The notes beneath the pieces are model-generated. The model was not told the origin of the DNA, made no database searches, and worked only from the letters and a program-made list of their open reading frames with translations. A program made the position numbers and the translations under genes. Shown in pieces: positions 1 through 9,431 of a DNA stretch of 64,000 nucleotides. This DNA is from an uncultured Candidatus Saccharibacteria bacterium (GTDB lineage: Bacteria > Patescibacteriota > Minisyncoccia > Phycocordibacterales > UBA9973), in the NCBI GenBank assembly GCA_964398205.1, contig CAYNLU010000002.1, forward strand, positions 1,004 to 65,003. The letters are read 5' to 3'. How positions within the stretch are numbered: position 1 is the first letter of the stretch; every line of letters starts with the position of its first letter.

Positions 1-312
1 ACTACCTAGTTTGAAAAAAAGTAGAGTATTGGGTGCAATATAATTCTCACCCCATTCATAACCCGCTTTTGTCATTTGTTCTTTTTCAGTATTAAAGTCT
101 TCCATTTTTGAGACCACTAAAACGATATCAATTAATGGTTTTGCTCTCATTCCTGGTATGGAAGTACTTCCAACATGCTCTATTTTTAGAGCTTTGTTTT
201 TAAAAACATCACTCAAAAAAACTTTAATGGAGTTAAATTTATTTACCCAATTTGGATCATATTCAGAAAGAGAATATTTTCTTTTTATATTCTTGTCGAG
301 TTCTTTACTCAT
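1..312 (-). CDS. GrpB family nucleotidyltransferase-like protein (partial, runs off window start)
   Basis: Not in ORF track; manual translation from ATG at 312 gives YDPNW...IEHVGSTSIPGMRAKPLIDI, the GrpB/UPF0157 signature. Confidence 0.85.
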   Translation of the reverse strand, partial: MSKELDKNIKRKYSLSEYDPNWVNKFNSIKVFLSDVFKNKALKIEHVGSTSIPGMRAKPLIDIVLVVSKMEDFNTEKEQMTKAGYEWGENYIAPNTLLFFKLGS

Positions 313-631
313 AGTCTTCAAGTGAATAAATATCAAAAGCCATTTCCTCGTATGGATGAACTTTTCTCACAGTCTCGATAACTTCTTTTAAAATAGTTCT
401 AGGAACTATAACCTCGATTTTTTCTTCCTCAACAGCCTCATATCTCAGTGATTCACCAATAGAAGGGTTTGAGTTCTCATTTCCACGATAGCGACCAGTG
501 CCCCTAGTAGAAAAAGAACAAAAATCATAATTACCGATTTTACCCGCCCCCGCATTACCAAGTGTCTCACGCACGATGTCTGTGTGAGTTAATGGTGTAA
601 ATATAATAAGTTTTACATTTTGTGATTGCAT
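305..631 (-). CDS. YqfO/NIF3-type PII-like domain protein
   Basis: AGAGKIGNYDFCSF...G.G.Y...HPYEE motif typical of the NIF3 PII-like insertion domain. Confidence 0.85.
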   Translation of the reverse strand: MQSQNVKLIIFTPLTHTDIVRETLGNAGAGKIGNYDFCSFSTRGTGRYRGNENSNPSIGESLRYEAVEEEKIEVIVPRTILKEVIETVRKVHPYEEMAFDIYSLEDYE

Positions 632-635
632 ATTA

Positions 636-1136
636 TTATTTTTGACTTAGTCTAAGTTTTTCAGCGAGTATTTTTAACTTTTCAGGATCAGCTTTTGGTC
701 CACCACCTGAACAAATCCATCCTTCATATTTATCAAACCAAAACTCTTTACCCGAAAGTACTTGTTGCCATTCTCCACGTTTAAGATTCTCAGTACCGTG
801 CATAGGAACCAATTTTACATGAGCATGGTCAATACCTGTTCCCTCCATGATAACACCCACCCGTCCTGTATCTTCAAAATAATTTTCTAGAATTCCAGCA
901 ACGTATTTGCTTGCAATGATTAATTTTTGTAAAGCCTCGTCTGGCATTTTCATAATATCGCTTCCGTGGTGTTCTTTCGGGATAACACAAGAAAAACCTT
1001 CAGTGTTTGGATCTATTGAAAGAAATGCCATATGCTCATCATCCTGCCAAAAAATTCCAGGGGTATCAAAACGACCCTGTGCGATTTCGCAGAAAATACA
1101 TTTGTTATCTTTAGTTGTTGCGTCGTAGGTTGCCAT
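636..1136 (-). CDS. HIT family hydrolase
   Basis: N-terminal CIFC; degenerate histidine triad DHAHVKLVP. Confidence 0.85.
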   Translation of the reverse strand: MATYDATTKDNKCIFCEIAQGRFDTPGIFWQDDEHMAFLSIDPNTEGFSCVIPKEHHGSDIMKMPDEALQKLIIASKYVAGILENYFEDTGRVGVIMEGTGIDHAHVKLVPMHGTENLKRGEWQQVLSGKEFWFDKYEGWICSGGGPKADPEKLKILAEKLRLSQK

Positions 1137-1142
1137 ATATTC

Positions 1143-1448
1143 TTAGTATCGACTAATGTCGTTATTTTTTAGTTTTGATAAAATTGGGTTCGGTATATTG
1201 TTTAAGACTTGTTTTACTTCTCCGTCAGAAATAATTGTTCTAATGAAAGCTGTGATTTTTTCTAGTAGTTCTTCCTCATAAGTATTTTCAATCAAAGCAA
1301 AGCGTACTGTGTTTTCTTCATCTTGTGCATTTTCAGCCAAAAGTACAAAGTCATTTTCTATAGCATACTTCCGAAGATTACCTCTGAATTTTACTCCGAT
1401 AAGGTTTTCTGTAGCACTATTTACTTGATAAATATCCCAGTACAACAT
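1143..1448 (-). CDS. hypothetical protein
   Basis: In-operon ORF; start placed at ATG 1448, adjacent to the upstream gene stop (1450), not at 1487. Confidence 0.6.
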   Translation of the reverse strand: MLYWDIYQVNSATENLIGVKFRGNLRKYAIENDFVLLAENAQDEENTVRFALIENTYEEELLEKITAFIRTIISDGEVKQVLNNIPNPILSKLKNNDISRY

Positions 1449-1449
1449 A

Positions 1450-2085
1450 TTACAAAATGTAGCTATCAGTATTAAATCCCTCAGCAACAGCTAATTTAAT
1501 AAACTGCTCTCTAGTTTCAGGAGTTTTCTCGTAATGCATTGGTATGACTTTCCCAATCCTTTTAAATTTCTTTGCAAAGTCAAACGCTTCTTGCGGACCA
1601 AATGTATAGAAAGTTCCAACTGGTAGTAGCGCTACATCTACCTCAAGATTTGTTACATCAATACCAGACTCATAAAACATATCTCCTGCAAAATACACTG
1701 TTTTATTGTCAGCAATAATAAGAAATCCGAAGTTTTCTTTTAGTGGAGCAGAAACATTTGGTCCGTGATCTACATTGAAAAACTGCACTTTGATACTATC
1801 CACCACGATCTCATCGCCAACTTTCACTGATACAATTTCTGAAGTCAAAGCTTCTTCCCCAAGTGTTTCAATACACTCTGCGTTTAAATATAGTTTCTTT
1901 GGAGACAATGCCTTTATTTGTTCAAGAGAGAAGTGGTCACCATGAATATGAGACACTAACATTTCATCTACAGTAATTCCATTTAGTTTTTCAACTGGAG
2001 TTTTGTTCCCAATATCAAAAGCGAGGCGAAAGCCTGCCTCTGTTTCAAGAATAAAACCTGATTGTTCAAATTTAGTGAGTTTCAT
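1450..2085 (-). CDS. MBL-fold metallo-hydrolase (UlaG-like)
   Basis: SHIHGDH, YFAGD and IPMHY motifs. Confidence 0.9.
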   Translation of the reverse strand: MKLTKFEQSGFILETEAGFRLAFDIGNKTPVEKLNGITVDEMLVSHIHGDHFSLEQIKALSPKKLYLNAECIETLGEEALTSEIVSVKVGDEIVVDSIKVQFFNVDHGPNVSAPLKENFGFLIIADNKTVYFAGDMFYESGIDVTNLEVDVALLPVGTFYTFGPQEAFDFAKKFKRIGKVIPMHYEKTPETREQFIKLAVAEGFNTDSYIL

Positions 2086-2086
2086 A

Positions 2087-2641
2087 TTATTTTATCATTT
2101 CACTTAGTACTGATAATGCTTCAGGTAGTTCTGTAAATCCTGCTGATCCATTCAAATGCTTCCCGTTCGGTATAAGAATAAGTTTTCCATCAAGCTGTCT
2201 TGCTATTTCTTCTGCATCAGACACTGGAACATTTGGATCATTGTCTCCGTGAATTACAGCCACATGATCCACTTTATTTTTCATTACTTCCCAGTTGAAA
2301 TCTGCATGCAAAAAATTAACTATTTTATCATTTGTGTTTTGATGACATGGAGCAGATGCAACGATGACACCTTTGAGATTTGGAGAATCAAAATGTTCAA
2401 GGTATCGAAGAATAGCGGTGCCACCCAAACTGTGACCAACGAGGTAAATATCATCGTTTAAATTTTTATCAACATGTCTTTTTATTTCTTCTAGCCATTC
2501 AGAGAGAATCGGCTCATCAGGATTTTGCATAGAAAGAGCACAAGCATATACATCTTGTTTTTCTAGTTCAGCCATAAGCCAAGGTCGCCAGCCACCGTTG
2601 GGACTTCCTTGAAAACCATGAATTAAGAAAACCTTTTTCAT
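2087..2641 (-). CDS. RBBP9/YdeN family alpha/beta hydrolase
   Basis: LIHG, GHSLG nucleophile elbow, DNDP, GKHLN. Confidence 0.9.
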   Translation of the reverse strand: MKKVFLIHGFQGSPNGGWRPWLMAELEKQDVYACALSMQNPDEPILSEWLEEIKRHVDKNLNDDIYLVGHSLGGTAILRYLEHFDSPNLKGVIVASAPCHQNTNDKIVNFLHADFNWEVMKNKVDHVAVIHGDNDPNVPVSDAEEIARQLDGKLILIPNGKHLNGSAGFTELPEALSVLSEMIK

Positions 2642-2676
2642 AAACCTATTTTATCATTTTTCACTTATTTTTTCCA

Positions 2677-4005
2677 TTATGCTACCAATGTAATTTTCTT
2701 CTCTTTCAGTATCAATCTACTCCTCAAATGTCCCATCAGTTCACGCTTCTCCAGTGGCGTTCCTTCTCTCAGCACATACTTTGCATACTCTCTGGTATTA
2801 ACATCATCCTCGTTGATTGAGTATTTGGGTGTACCTTTAGTTGCAAGTCTCTGGAGTCGATTGAATCTTTTAATCTCTTCTTCTAGCTTCATTCTCATTC
2901 CCAGTTCGTTGATACTGACTTTGTCTATGACTTTAAATAGTTCCTCGATCAGTTCTTCCTCTCGTATATACTTGTTCTTGCAATTCCTGTCTCTCGCCTT
3001 TGAGCAGGAATAGTAGACGTACTTGGCGGTCGTACCATCTTTGAGTTCCTTGTACTTCTCTTGTGCCGTTATTCCTGATTCGCACATTCCACAGGTGAAG
3101 AGTTTGGTAAATGCGAACTCTCGATTTTCTCTCACGATTCTGTCTCGCTTTAATTGCTCTTGGGCTTTTTCAAACAGCTCTTGAGTAATGATCGGCGTAT
3201 GGCTTCCTTGATACCAGTTATCGCTATTCCGTGGATACTCGAATGGTCCATAATAGATGGGCATATTGAAGATACGATAAACCCCTGAGAGCGTCAGGGG
3301 TTTATTTCCTCGGGTATAGAAGTTCAGATCAAATCGTAACCAATTGTATACTTTTCTTCCGCTCCACTTTTCGTACACCACTTTCTCAAACATTTTCTTG
3401 ATGATTGGTGCTCGTTCTGGATCAATTACTATTTGGCACTTCCTATCCATGAGTTTCTGATTCAGGTATCCAAGCGGTGCCATTCCAGGCCATAATCCCA
3501 TCTCCACTCTCGTTCGCAATCCTCGCTTCACATTGATGCCTCGATTATCATTCTCAAGTTTCGCTTGGCTTCCTAATATCATGAGGAGAAATTTCTCATT
3601 CGGATTGTTTCCAAATGTCTGCCCGAAAGTTCTTATCATATGCAATTTACCTGCATCCATCAGGTCTACGATTTTTCCAAGGTCACCTGCATTTCTTGAA
3701 ATACGATCTGGTGCCCAAGTCAGTATTGCATTGAACTTCTCTTGCTTGAGTTCCTCAATGATTTCGTTGAAGACTGGTCGCTGTCCTGTTTCCTTTGCAC
3801 TATGACTCTCACGCTTCATGGTGACCACTTCAAGCCCCTCACGATCTGCCAACTGGAGCATTTCGCTTATCTGGCTATCAATACTCAATACTTGCCGTTC
3901 CTCAGATTCTGTCGATTTTCTTGCGTACAGGCAGTATTTGATCTTCTTTGGTTCGATTACTACTTTCGCTACACCTTGCTCTAGGTTTGGGTTTTCTATC
4001 TTCAT
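2677..4005 (-). CDS. large serine recombinase (resolvase + recombinase + Zn-ribbon domains)
   Basis: YARKS catalytic Ser motif, DRISR, APLGY, CGMC and YYSC...C zinc ribbon. Confidence 0.92.
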   Translation of the reverse strand: MKIENPNLEQGVAKVVIEPKKIKYCLYARKSTESEERQVLSIDSQISEMLQLADREGLEVVTMKRESHSAKETGQRPVFNEIIEELKQEKFNAILTWAPDRISRNAGDLGKIVDLMDAGKLHMIRTFGQTFGNNPNEKFLLMILGSQAKLENDNRGINVKRGLRTRVEMGLWPGMAPLGYLNQKLMDRKCQIVIDPERAPIIKKMFEKVVYEKWSGRKVYNWLRFDLNFYTRGNKPLTLSGVYRIFNMPIYYGPFEYPRNSDNWYQGSHTPIITQELFEKAQEQLKRDRIVRENREFAFTKLFTCGMCESGITAQEKYKELKDGTTAKYVYYSCSKARDRNCKNKYIREEELIEELFKVIDKVSINELGMRMKLEEEIKRFNRLQRLATKGTPKYSINEDDVNTREYAKYVLREGTPLEKRELMGHLRSRLILKEKKITLVA

Positions 4006-4015
4006 ACCTACATTG

Positions 4016-4042
4016 ATGACGCAACTCGTCCTAGGAGTCTAG
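4016..4042 (-). promoter_or_regulatory. CTAGACT-N13-GCGTCAT motif, copy 1 (10 nt before recombinase ATG)
   Basis: Two 7-mers with identical spacing recur at 4404-4430. Confidence 0.6.
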
Positions 4043-4393
4043 TGCGTCCCGAGTGCTATCTGTTGGTAACTCAAAGGGGTCAAAATCCTCAATTTCTTTC
4101 CTGAGCCTGTCCATGTTTTTTAGAACTGTTTTATATATTTTTGATATTTCCTTTATCTTTTTTTCATCTAAATTCTCATCACACTCTTCTAAAAAATCGA
4201 CGAGATCATCGTCGATAAAGGATGCCAGTGATATGTATGCCCCGACCAACAACTGTATCCTTTCCTTGATGGCTCGTTTCAAATGCTTTTTTGATTCAGG
4301 AAGAGAAGAGATACGGTTAAAAGGCGTACTTCCGTTCGGTTCGTGATATTTGAAATGCTTGCTGGCATCTATTATTGCTTCAATGTCTTCCAC
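4031..4393 (-). CDS. hypothetical protein
   Basis: 120-aa ORF, GTG start 10 nt after motif copy 2. Confidence 0.6.
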   Translation of the reverse strand: MEDIEAIIDASKHFKYHEPNGSTPFNRISSLPESKKHLKRAIKERIQLLVGAYISLASFIDDDLVDFLEECDENLDEKKIKEISKIYKTVLKNMDRLRKEIEDFDPFELPTDSTRDALDS

Positions 4394-4403
4394 ATTTCAA
4401 TGA

Positions 4404-4430
4404 ATGACGCTGATCTTCGTAGAAGTCTAG
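4404..4430 (-). promoter_or_regulatory. CTAGACT-N13-GCGTCAT motif, copy 2
   Basis: Same two 7-mers and spacing as 4016-4042. Confidence 0.6.
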
Positions 4431-4515
4431 GGTATCTCCAATTGGCAACTACGCCCTTATATCTCAGTCTTTTTATCTGTCAATTCTGGTGCAGAAATGG
4501 TAAAATCAAATAGCT

Positions 4516-7500
4516 ATGACTACAGTAAAAAACCGTCCAAATGAAACTTCTGCCGAAGTTTTGAGTCCAAATATAAAAGTTTTGAGAGAGTACGAAAAAA
4601 AGATTGTTGATCTTACTCGACGAAACCGTCTCTTGAAATACCCCGCAAAAGCTCGGGCTATTTCTTTTAAAATGAACATCTCTGATTTTGAAGAGAGTTT
4701 CGGTTCTGCTGAAGAAATAGAGATTGAGTTTCCGCATAAAGCAATTCTTCGCGAAGAGGAAGAAGTGGTAGAGGATGCTGAAAAGGATTCATCTATTCCG
4801 CCTACAGACGTTCAAGGTAAAAAGCTTATAACGATGCTTCAAGCTTTGAGGCTTGATAGTAAAAAGAAATTTGAAGAACATGGACTCCATACTCTATACC
4901 TCACGATTGGTCGTGTGCGTTGGAAAGAACCAGGAAATGGTCGTGGCTCAGAAGGAGCACTAGAAGAAAAAGACTATGACTACGATGCCCCACTTCTTCT
5001 TATTCCTGTTTCAGTTGAAGAAACAAAATCTACGCCAAAGAAAACAATAATCAGAACGTATTTAGAAGCGAATGATATTGTTTTTAATCCTGTACTACTT
5101 TTACTCTCTGAATTGGAATACGGGGTTCAGATTTCTGGGATACCCTCATTTGAAGAAATCACCAGTCTCTCTGGGGCATTCGATTCACTTGTCAAAATAT
5201 TAAAAAAATCATTTGCAGAATCTAAAATTAAAAATGATATCACTGACGATATTCGTATCGGTCAGTACTCTTTTTATGGTCAACAAATATACGAAGATCT
5301 AAGAAATAATGAAGAAGCAATTTGTGAACATGAATTTGTTGATGGTCTTATCGGCAAAGGTTCTATCATTCAAGAAGGTTTACCGTCAGACTCACAACCC
5401 GATGATCTTTTGGCTGTTGAAGAAGACTTCACTGTTCTAGATGCCGATGTAAGCCAGATGCGAGTTATTCAGAAAGCTGTTCAAGGTAACAGTCTTGTTG
5501 TTCAAGGTCCTCCTGGAACAGGAAAAAGTCAGACCATCGTTAACCTTGTTTCTAACTTACTTGCTCGTGGCAAAAAAGTACTCGTTGTCTGTGAAAAACA
5601 GGTTGCTCTTGAAGTTGTTTTTAAACGTCTCAAAGATAAAGGACTCGACAAGCTTTGTCTGCCACTTTTTTATCAGAACGCTGATAAAAAAACATTCGCG
5701 AAATCTGTTATAAACGATAGAGACTTTCTAATTGAAGCCTATGGACATAGTAGTTCTAGTGATGATACGGCTCTTGAATTGCGTGAAGGTGTCCATACAA
5801 AACTATGGAATTACGCATGTTCACTGGCTACTGTTGTTGAACCACTCAAGCGATCAGTTCAATGGGTTCACGGAGAGCTTGCTAAAGCACAAGCACTTAA
5901 CTCTGATCGGGCAATACCATGGGGAGAAAGTAATCCACTAGTTATTACTGAGGACACGTATCGGAAAATTCTTACGATTTTGGAAGCTGTTTCTCCAGTC
6001 CTCCACAAGATTTCTGATCCAAAATTTTCAGCATGGAGTCAAATACAAAAAGAAAATTTCTCTCCTGACTTCGCAAGTAGAGTTCGAGTCGTACTTGAGG
6101 ATGCTCATTCTGCGATTGCCGAACTTAATTCTCTACAACCCGAATCAATAGGCTTGGATACAATTCAAGGTCTGCAAAAGAATATGGAGACTGTTGAAAA
6201 ATTGGCACAGTTTGAAACTAGCTTATTGCCAATACCACTACGAGATGAAGTCATTCTTAGTGCTGGAATTCAGATTTTAAAACAAACGGTTGAAGTTATT
6301 TCTGCCTATCAAAAACTTACCGAGAGTTTTGGGGATATCTATAAAGTGCCTACTGTATGGTCTTTGAGTAAGCTAGATGTCCAGTCCGTAAATGACGAGC
6401 GTGAAATTAAAGAGATTCGCACCGCACTCGATTCTGCATCTAAAATTGAAGCGATCCTGTCTTCCTTATATTCAAATGTAGAGGCTTGCAAGAACGACGA
6501 TCTCTTGAATTTACCTATTGCTGAATTAATTCATTATCGAAATATTTTAATTCTCGATCCACTTATTATTGGAATAAAGGATTGGAGCGAAGCATCATCA
6601 TTACAGGCTTCTCTTGGATCACTTACAACATTACAAGCTATTTACCGTAAACTTGAAGAAGCAAATGCGGTATTTGAAAAATGGGCAATTATTCGTGAAA
6701 ACTTAAATAAAGAAGATGTCGAAAAAGTATTTACTGAATTTAATAAAAGGTATCATAAATACCTACATTTTTTCTCCCGTGATTATAGGGCAACTAAAGC
6801 GATAGTTTCAGATTGGTGCAACCTCAATACACCGAAAAAGTATGTAGATATTAATCAAGTTGTTTCTGCTGTACGCGACAGCCAAAACCTTGAAGAAAAA
6901 TTAGGTATTCTTCTTGCTCAATTTAACGAGAAGTACATTGTTTCAGGTAAATCAATAACGGTACACGAAATTCCAATTCTTTCAGGTAGTGCAAAGAATC
7001 TCAGCGAATGGATGCGTCAAGAAAATAAGAGCGAACTCCCTAGTCATCTAAAGCAGGTTGTCGAGAAAAACAGTAGTCCTCGTGCAACGAAAGCTTTTAG
7101 CGATTCGTTAAAAGATTTGGAGGTAGTACTCAGTAGTCATTGGAGCATATTCAGTGTATTTTCTGATCTTGATCGTGTCTCAATTGCAAATGTCGCTTCT
7201 AAATTTGGAGAGCTGACAGAAAATGCTCAGAGCATAATTTCTCTCGAAGAGATTGTGGAAAATTTCTTGATAAAGAATGATTCTTCTCGAACTTTTGGTT
7301 CTCTCAAGAAAGATGTCCAGAATCTTAACCAACTCAAAACATGTTTAGACAAGATTGATCCAGATATTTTCAGCTTATTTACAGAAGAGGAAAATCCCGC
7401 CTCGCTTATAAATAAACGTAAGTCTCTGGAAAAGAATATCCTTGAACTTGAGGATCTCCTCTGGCATATTTCAAAATTGTCTAATTATCAAGGTGATATT

Positions 7501-9417
7501 TCACTAAGTGATTCGATACAATTAACCACAGAAGCAAAAGCAAAACTTGATAAATGGAAGTCAGCACTCACAAATTACGAAAAGCACGCTTCGGCTTTAA
7601 ATAAGCTGTTTGAGAATGAGCAAAGTTTAGCAATCCTTGAACCTCTAAAAATTGAGACATTTCAGGAAAAATTATCGGAAATGATCCAAGACCAAGAAGG
7701 TCTTGAAGCATGGATGGAATATCGTCGTTATTCGCACCAGATGAAAGATCTAGGTTATTCTTGGTTTTTGGAATCAGTTAAGGGTAGCGATATAAAAAAT
7801 CCAGCAGCTTTGTTTGCTGAATCACTTTGGAATTCTTGGCTTGAAAATTACTATCGTACCGATCCTGATCTGCGAGATTTCAATGTAAGTGAACACAAGA
7901 AAACTATCGAAGAGTTCCGCAAACTTGAGAAGCGTGTACTTGATGTTAATGCGAAACGAATACTCCAAAGAATTGCTCCTGAGATTAAAAAAGTGAAAGA
8001 GCGTCGTGGTGAGCTTGAACGCTTCTTGCTTCACCAAAGCCAACTCCAAAAGCAACACAAACCCGTTCGACAGGTTGTTATGAAGTGTACTTCTCATATA
8101 CAGCAATATAAGCCTTGCTGGATGATGAGTCCTTTGACACTGAGTTCATATATTCCATATGGCTCACTCGATTTCGATACGGTTATTTTCGATGAAGCAT
8201 CACAGATGCGTGTTGAACATGCTCTTGGTGCAATTGCTCGTGGAAAGCAAGTCATTATTTTTGGTGACGAACATCAACTTCCTCCAACATCTTTCTTTGA
8301 CGTAGCTTCAGATTCAGATGACGATTCTGAGGATGTCGAAGAACAAGATTATGAAAGTATCCTTCATGCCGCACGAACCGTTCTTCCTGAATCAAGCGAT
8401 TCTCTCTTATATCACTATCGCAGTAAGTACGAAGATCTTATTGCGTTCTCAAACTGTGAAGTGTATAAGGATCGCCTTATTACTTTCCCAAATCCAGATC
8501 ATTCAAGTCGTGGGGTTCAGTTCGAGTATGTTGAGGACGGTATATTCGATGGTGGGATCAAAAAGGAAGGTCATGCGGGAACCCGTCGTAATGATATCGA
8601 AGCAAAACGCGTCGTTGAAATGTGTGCCCAGTCTGCGACTGACTACCCAGACAAGTCCATTGGTGTGATTGCATTTAGTAAATCTCAAGAGGTGGGTATC
8701 AGAGACGCGATGATCGAGTTTCTTAAAACACACCCTGAACTTCAGGAAAAATTAAACGAAGATCAAGACGGTAGCGATGCGTTTTTCATTAAGAATCTTG
8801 AATCTGTACAAGGAGATGAACGAGATATTATCGTACTCTCTATTGGATATGGTAAAGATAAAAATGGCAACTTCTTCAATCGTTTTGGTCCTATCAATAG
8901 CGTCACTGGCTACAGACGTTTGAACGTAGCAGTAACTCGTGCAAAAGAAAAGTTGATTTGCGTATCTTCTTTTAAATCGACTGAAATGAAAGCTGGCGAA
9001 ACTTCGCGAGGTGCAAAAATGCTACAGAAATATTTGGATTATGCTGAAAATGGCGTTAAGACTCTCGACGGTAGCCGTCTTGTCGTTGCAGGAGAGGATG
9101 TTGAAGCTGATAGTCCATTTGAACTGGAGGTTAAACGAGCACTTGAGGAACGCGGTTATGAAGTTAGAAAACAGATTGGTGTATCAGGTTTTAAAATCGA
9201 CTTGGCAATCATCAATCCTAAGACTGGGACTGACTACATTCTTGGAATCGAATGCGATGGTGCATCGTATCACTCTTCATACTCTGCTCGAGTAAATGAT
9301 CGTTTGAGAGAAGATATTCTTAGAAGACTCGGTTGGGATATATATCGTGTTTGGTCTCAACATTGGATTTCACACAAGGAAGCAATAATCGAGGATATTA
9401 TCAAAACAATCTCATAA
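4516..9417 (+). CDS. DUF4011 + split SF1 (Upf1-like) helicase + Vsr/REase-like nuclease; Hhe-like anti-phage protein
   Basis: DLTRRNRLL N-terminus; QGPPGTGKS Walker A; FDEASQ, GDEHQLPP, HYRS, VQGDERD, RRLNVAVTRAK; C-terminal IDLAI..GIECDG..YH..DRLR..GW.IYRVWS. Confidence 0.88.
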   Translation: MTTVKNRPNETSAEVLSPNIKVLREYEKKIVDLTRRNRLLKYPAKARAISFKMNISDFEESFGSAEEIEIEFPHKAILREEEEVVEDAEKDSSIPPTDVQGKKLITMLQALRLDSKKKFEEHGLHTLYLTIGRVRWKEPGNGRGSEGALEEKDYDYDAPLLLIPVSVEETKSTPKKTIIRTYLEANDIVFNPVLLLLSELEYGVQISGIPSFEEITSLSGAFDSLVKILKKSFAESKIKNDITDDIRIGQYSFYGQQIYEDLRNNEEAICEHEFVDGLIGKGSIIQEGLPSDSQPDDLLAVEEDFTVLDADVSQMRVIQKAVQGNSLVVQGPPGTGKSQTIVNLVSNLLARGKKVLVVCEKQVALEVVFKRLKDKGLDKLCLPLFYQNADKKTFAKSVINDRDFLIEAYGHSSSSDDTALELREGVHTKLWNYACSLATVVEPLKRSVQWVHGELAKAQALNSDRAIPWGESNPLVITEDTYRKILTILEAVSPVLHKISDPKFSAWSQIQKENFSPDFASRVRVVLEDAHSAIAELNSLQPESIGLDTIQGLQKNMETVEKLAQFETSLLPIPLRDEVILSAGIQILKQTVEVISAYQKLTESFGDIYKVPTVWSLSKLDVQSVNDEREIKEIRTALDSASKIEAILSSLYSNVEACKNDDLLNLPIAELIHYRNILILDPLIIGIKDWSEASSLQASLGSLTTLQAIYRKLEEANAVFEKWAIIRENLNKEDVEKVFTEFNKRYHKYLHFFSRDYRATKAIVSDWCNLNTPKKYVDINQVVSAVRDSQNLEEKLGILLAQFNEKYIVSGKSITVHEIPILSGSAKNLSEWMRQENKSELPSHLKQVVEKNSSPRATKAFSDSLKDLEVVLSSHWSIFSVFSDLDRVSIANVASKFGELTENAQSIISLEEIVENFLIKNDSSRTFGSLKKDVQNLNQLKTCLDKIDPDIFSLFTEEENPASLINKRKSLEKNILELEDLLWHISKLSNYQGDISLSDSIQLTTEAKAKLDKWKSALTNYEKHASALNKLFENEQSLAILEPLKIETFQEKLSEMIQDQEGLEAWMEYRRYSHQMKDLGYSWFLESVKGSDIKNPAALFAESLWNSWLENYYRTDPDLRDFNVSEHKKTIEEFRKLEKRVLDVNAKRILQRIAPEIKKVKERRGELERFLLHQSQLQKQHKPVRQVVMKCTSHIQQYKPCWMMSPLTLSSYIPYGSLDFDTVIFDEASQMRVEHALGAIARGKQVIIFGDEHQLPPTSFFDVASDSDDDSEDVEEQDYESILHAARTVLPESSDSLLYHYRSKYEDLIAFSNCEVYKDRLITFPNPDHSSRGVQFEYVEDGIFDGGIKKEGHAGTRRNDIEAKRVVEMCAQSATDYPDKSIGVIAFSKSQEVGIRDAMIEFLKTHPELQEKLNEDQDGSDAFFIKNLESVQGDERDIIVLSIGYGKDKNGNFFNRFGPINSVTGYRRLNVAVTRAKEKLICVSSFKSTEMKAGETSRGAKMLQKYLDYAENGVKTLDGSRLVVAGEDVEADSPFELEVKRALEERGYEVRKQIGVSGFKIDLAIINPKTGTDYILGIECDGASYHSSYSARVNDRLREDILRRLGWDIYRVWSQHWISHKEAIIEDIIKTIS

Positions 9418-9431
9418 ACTTCTCAGGTAAT

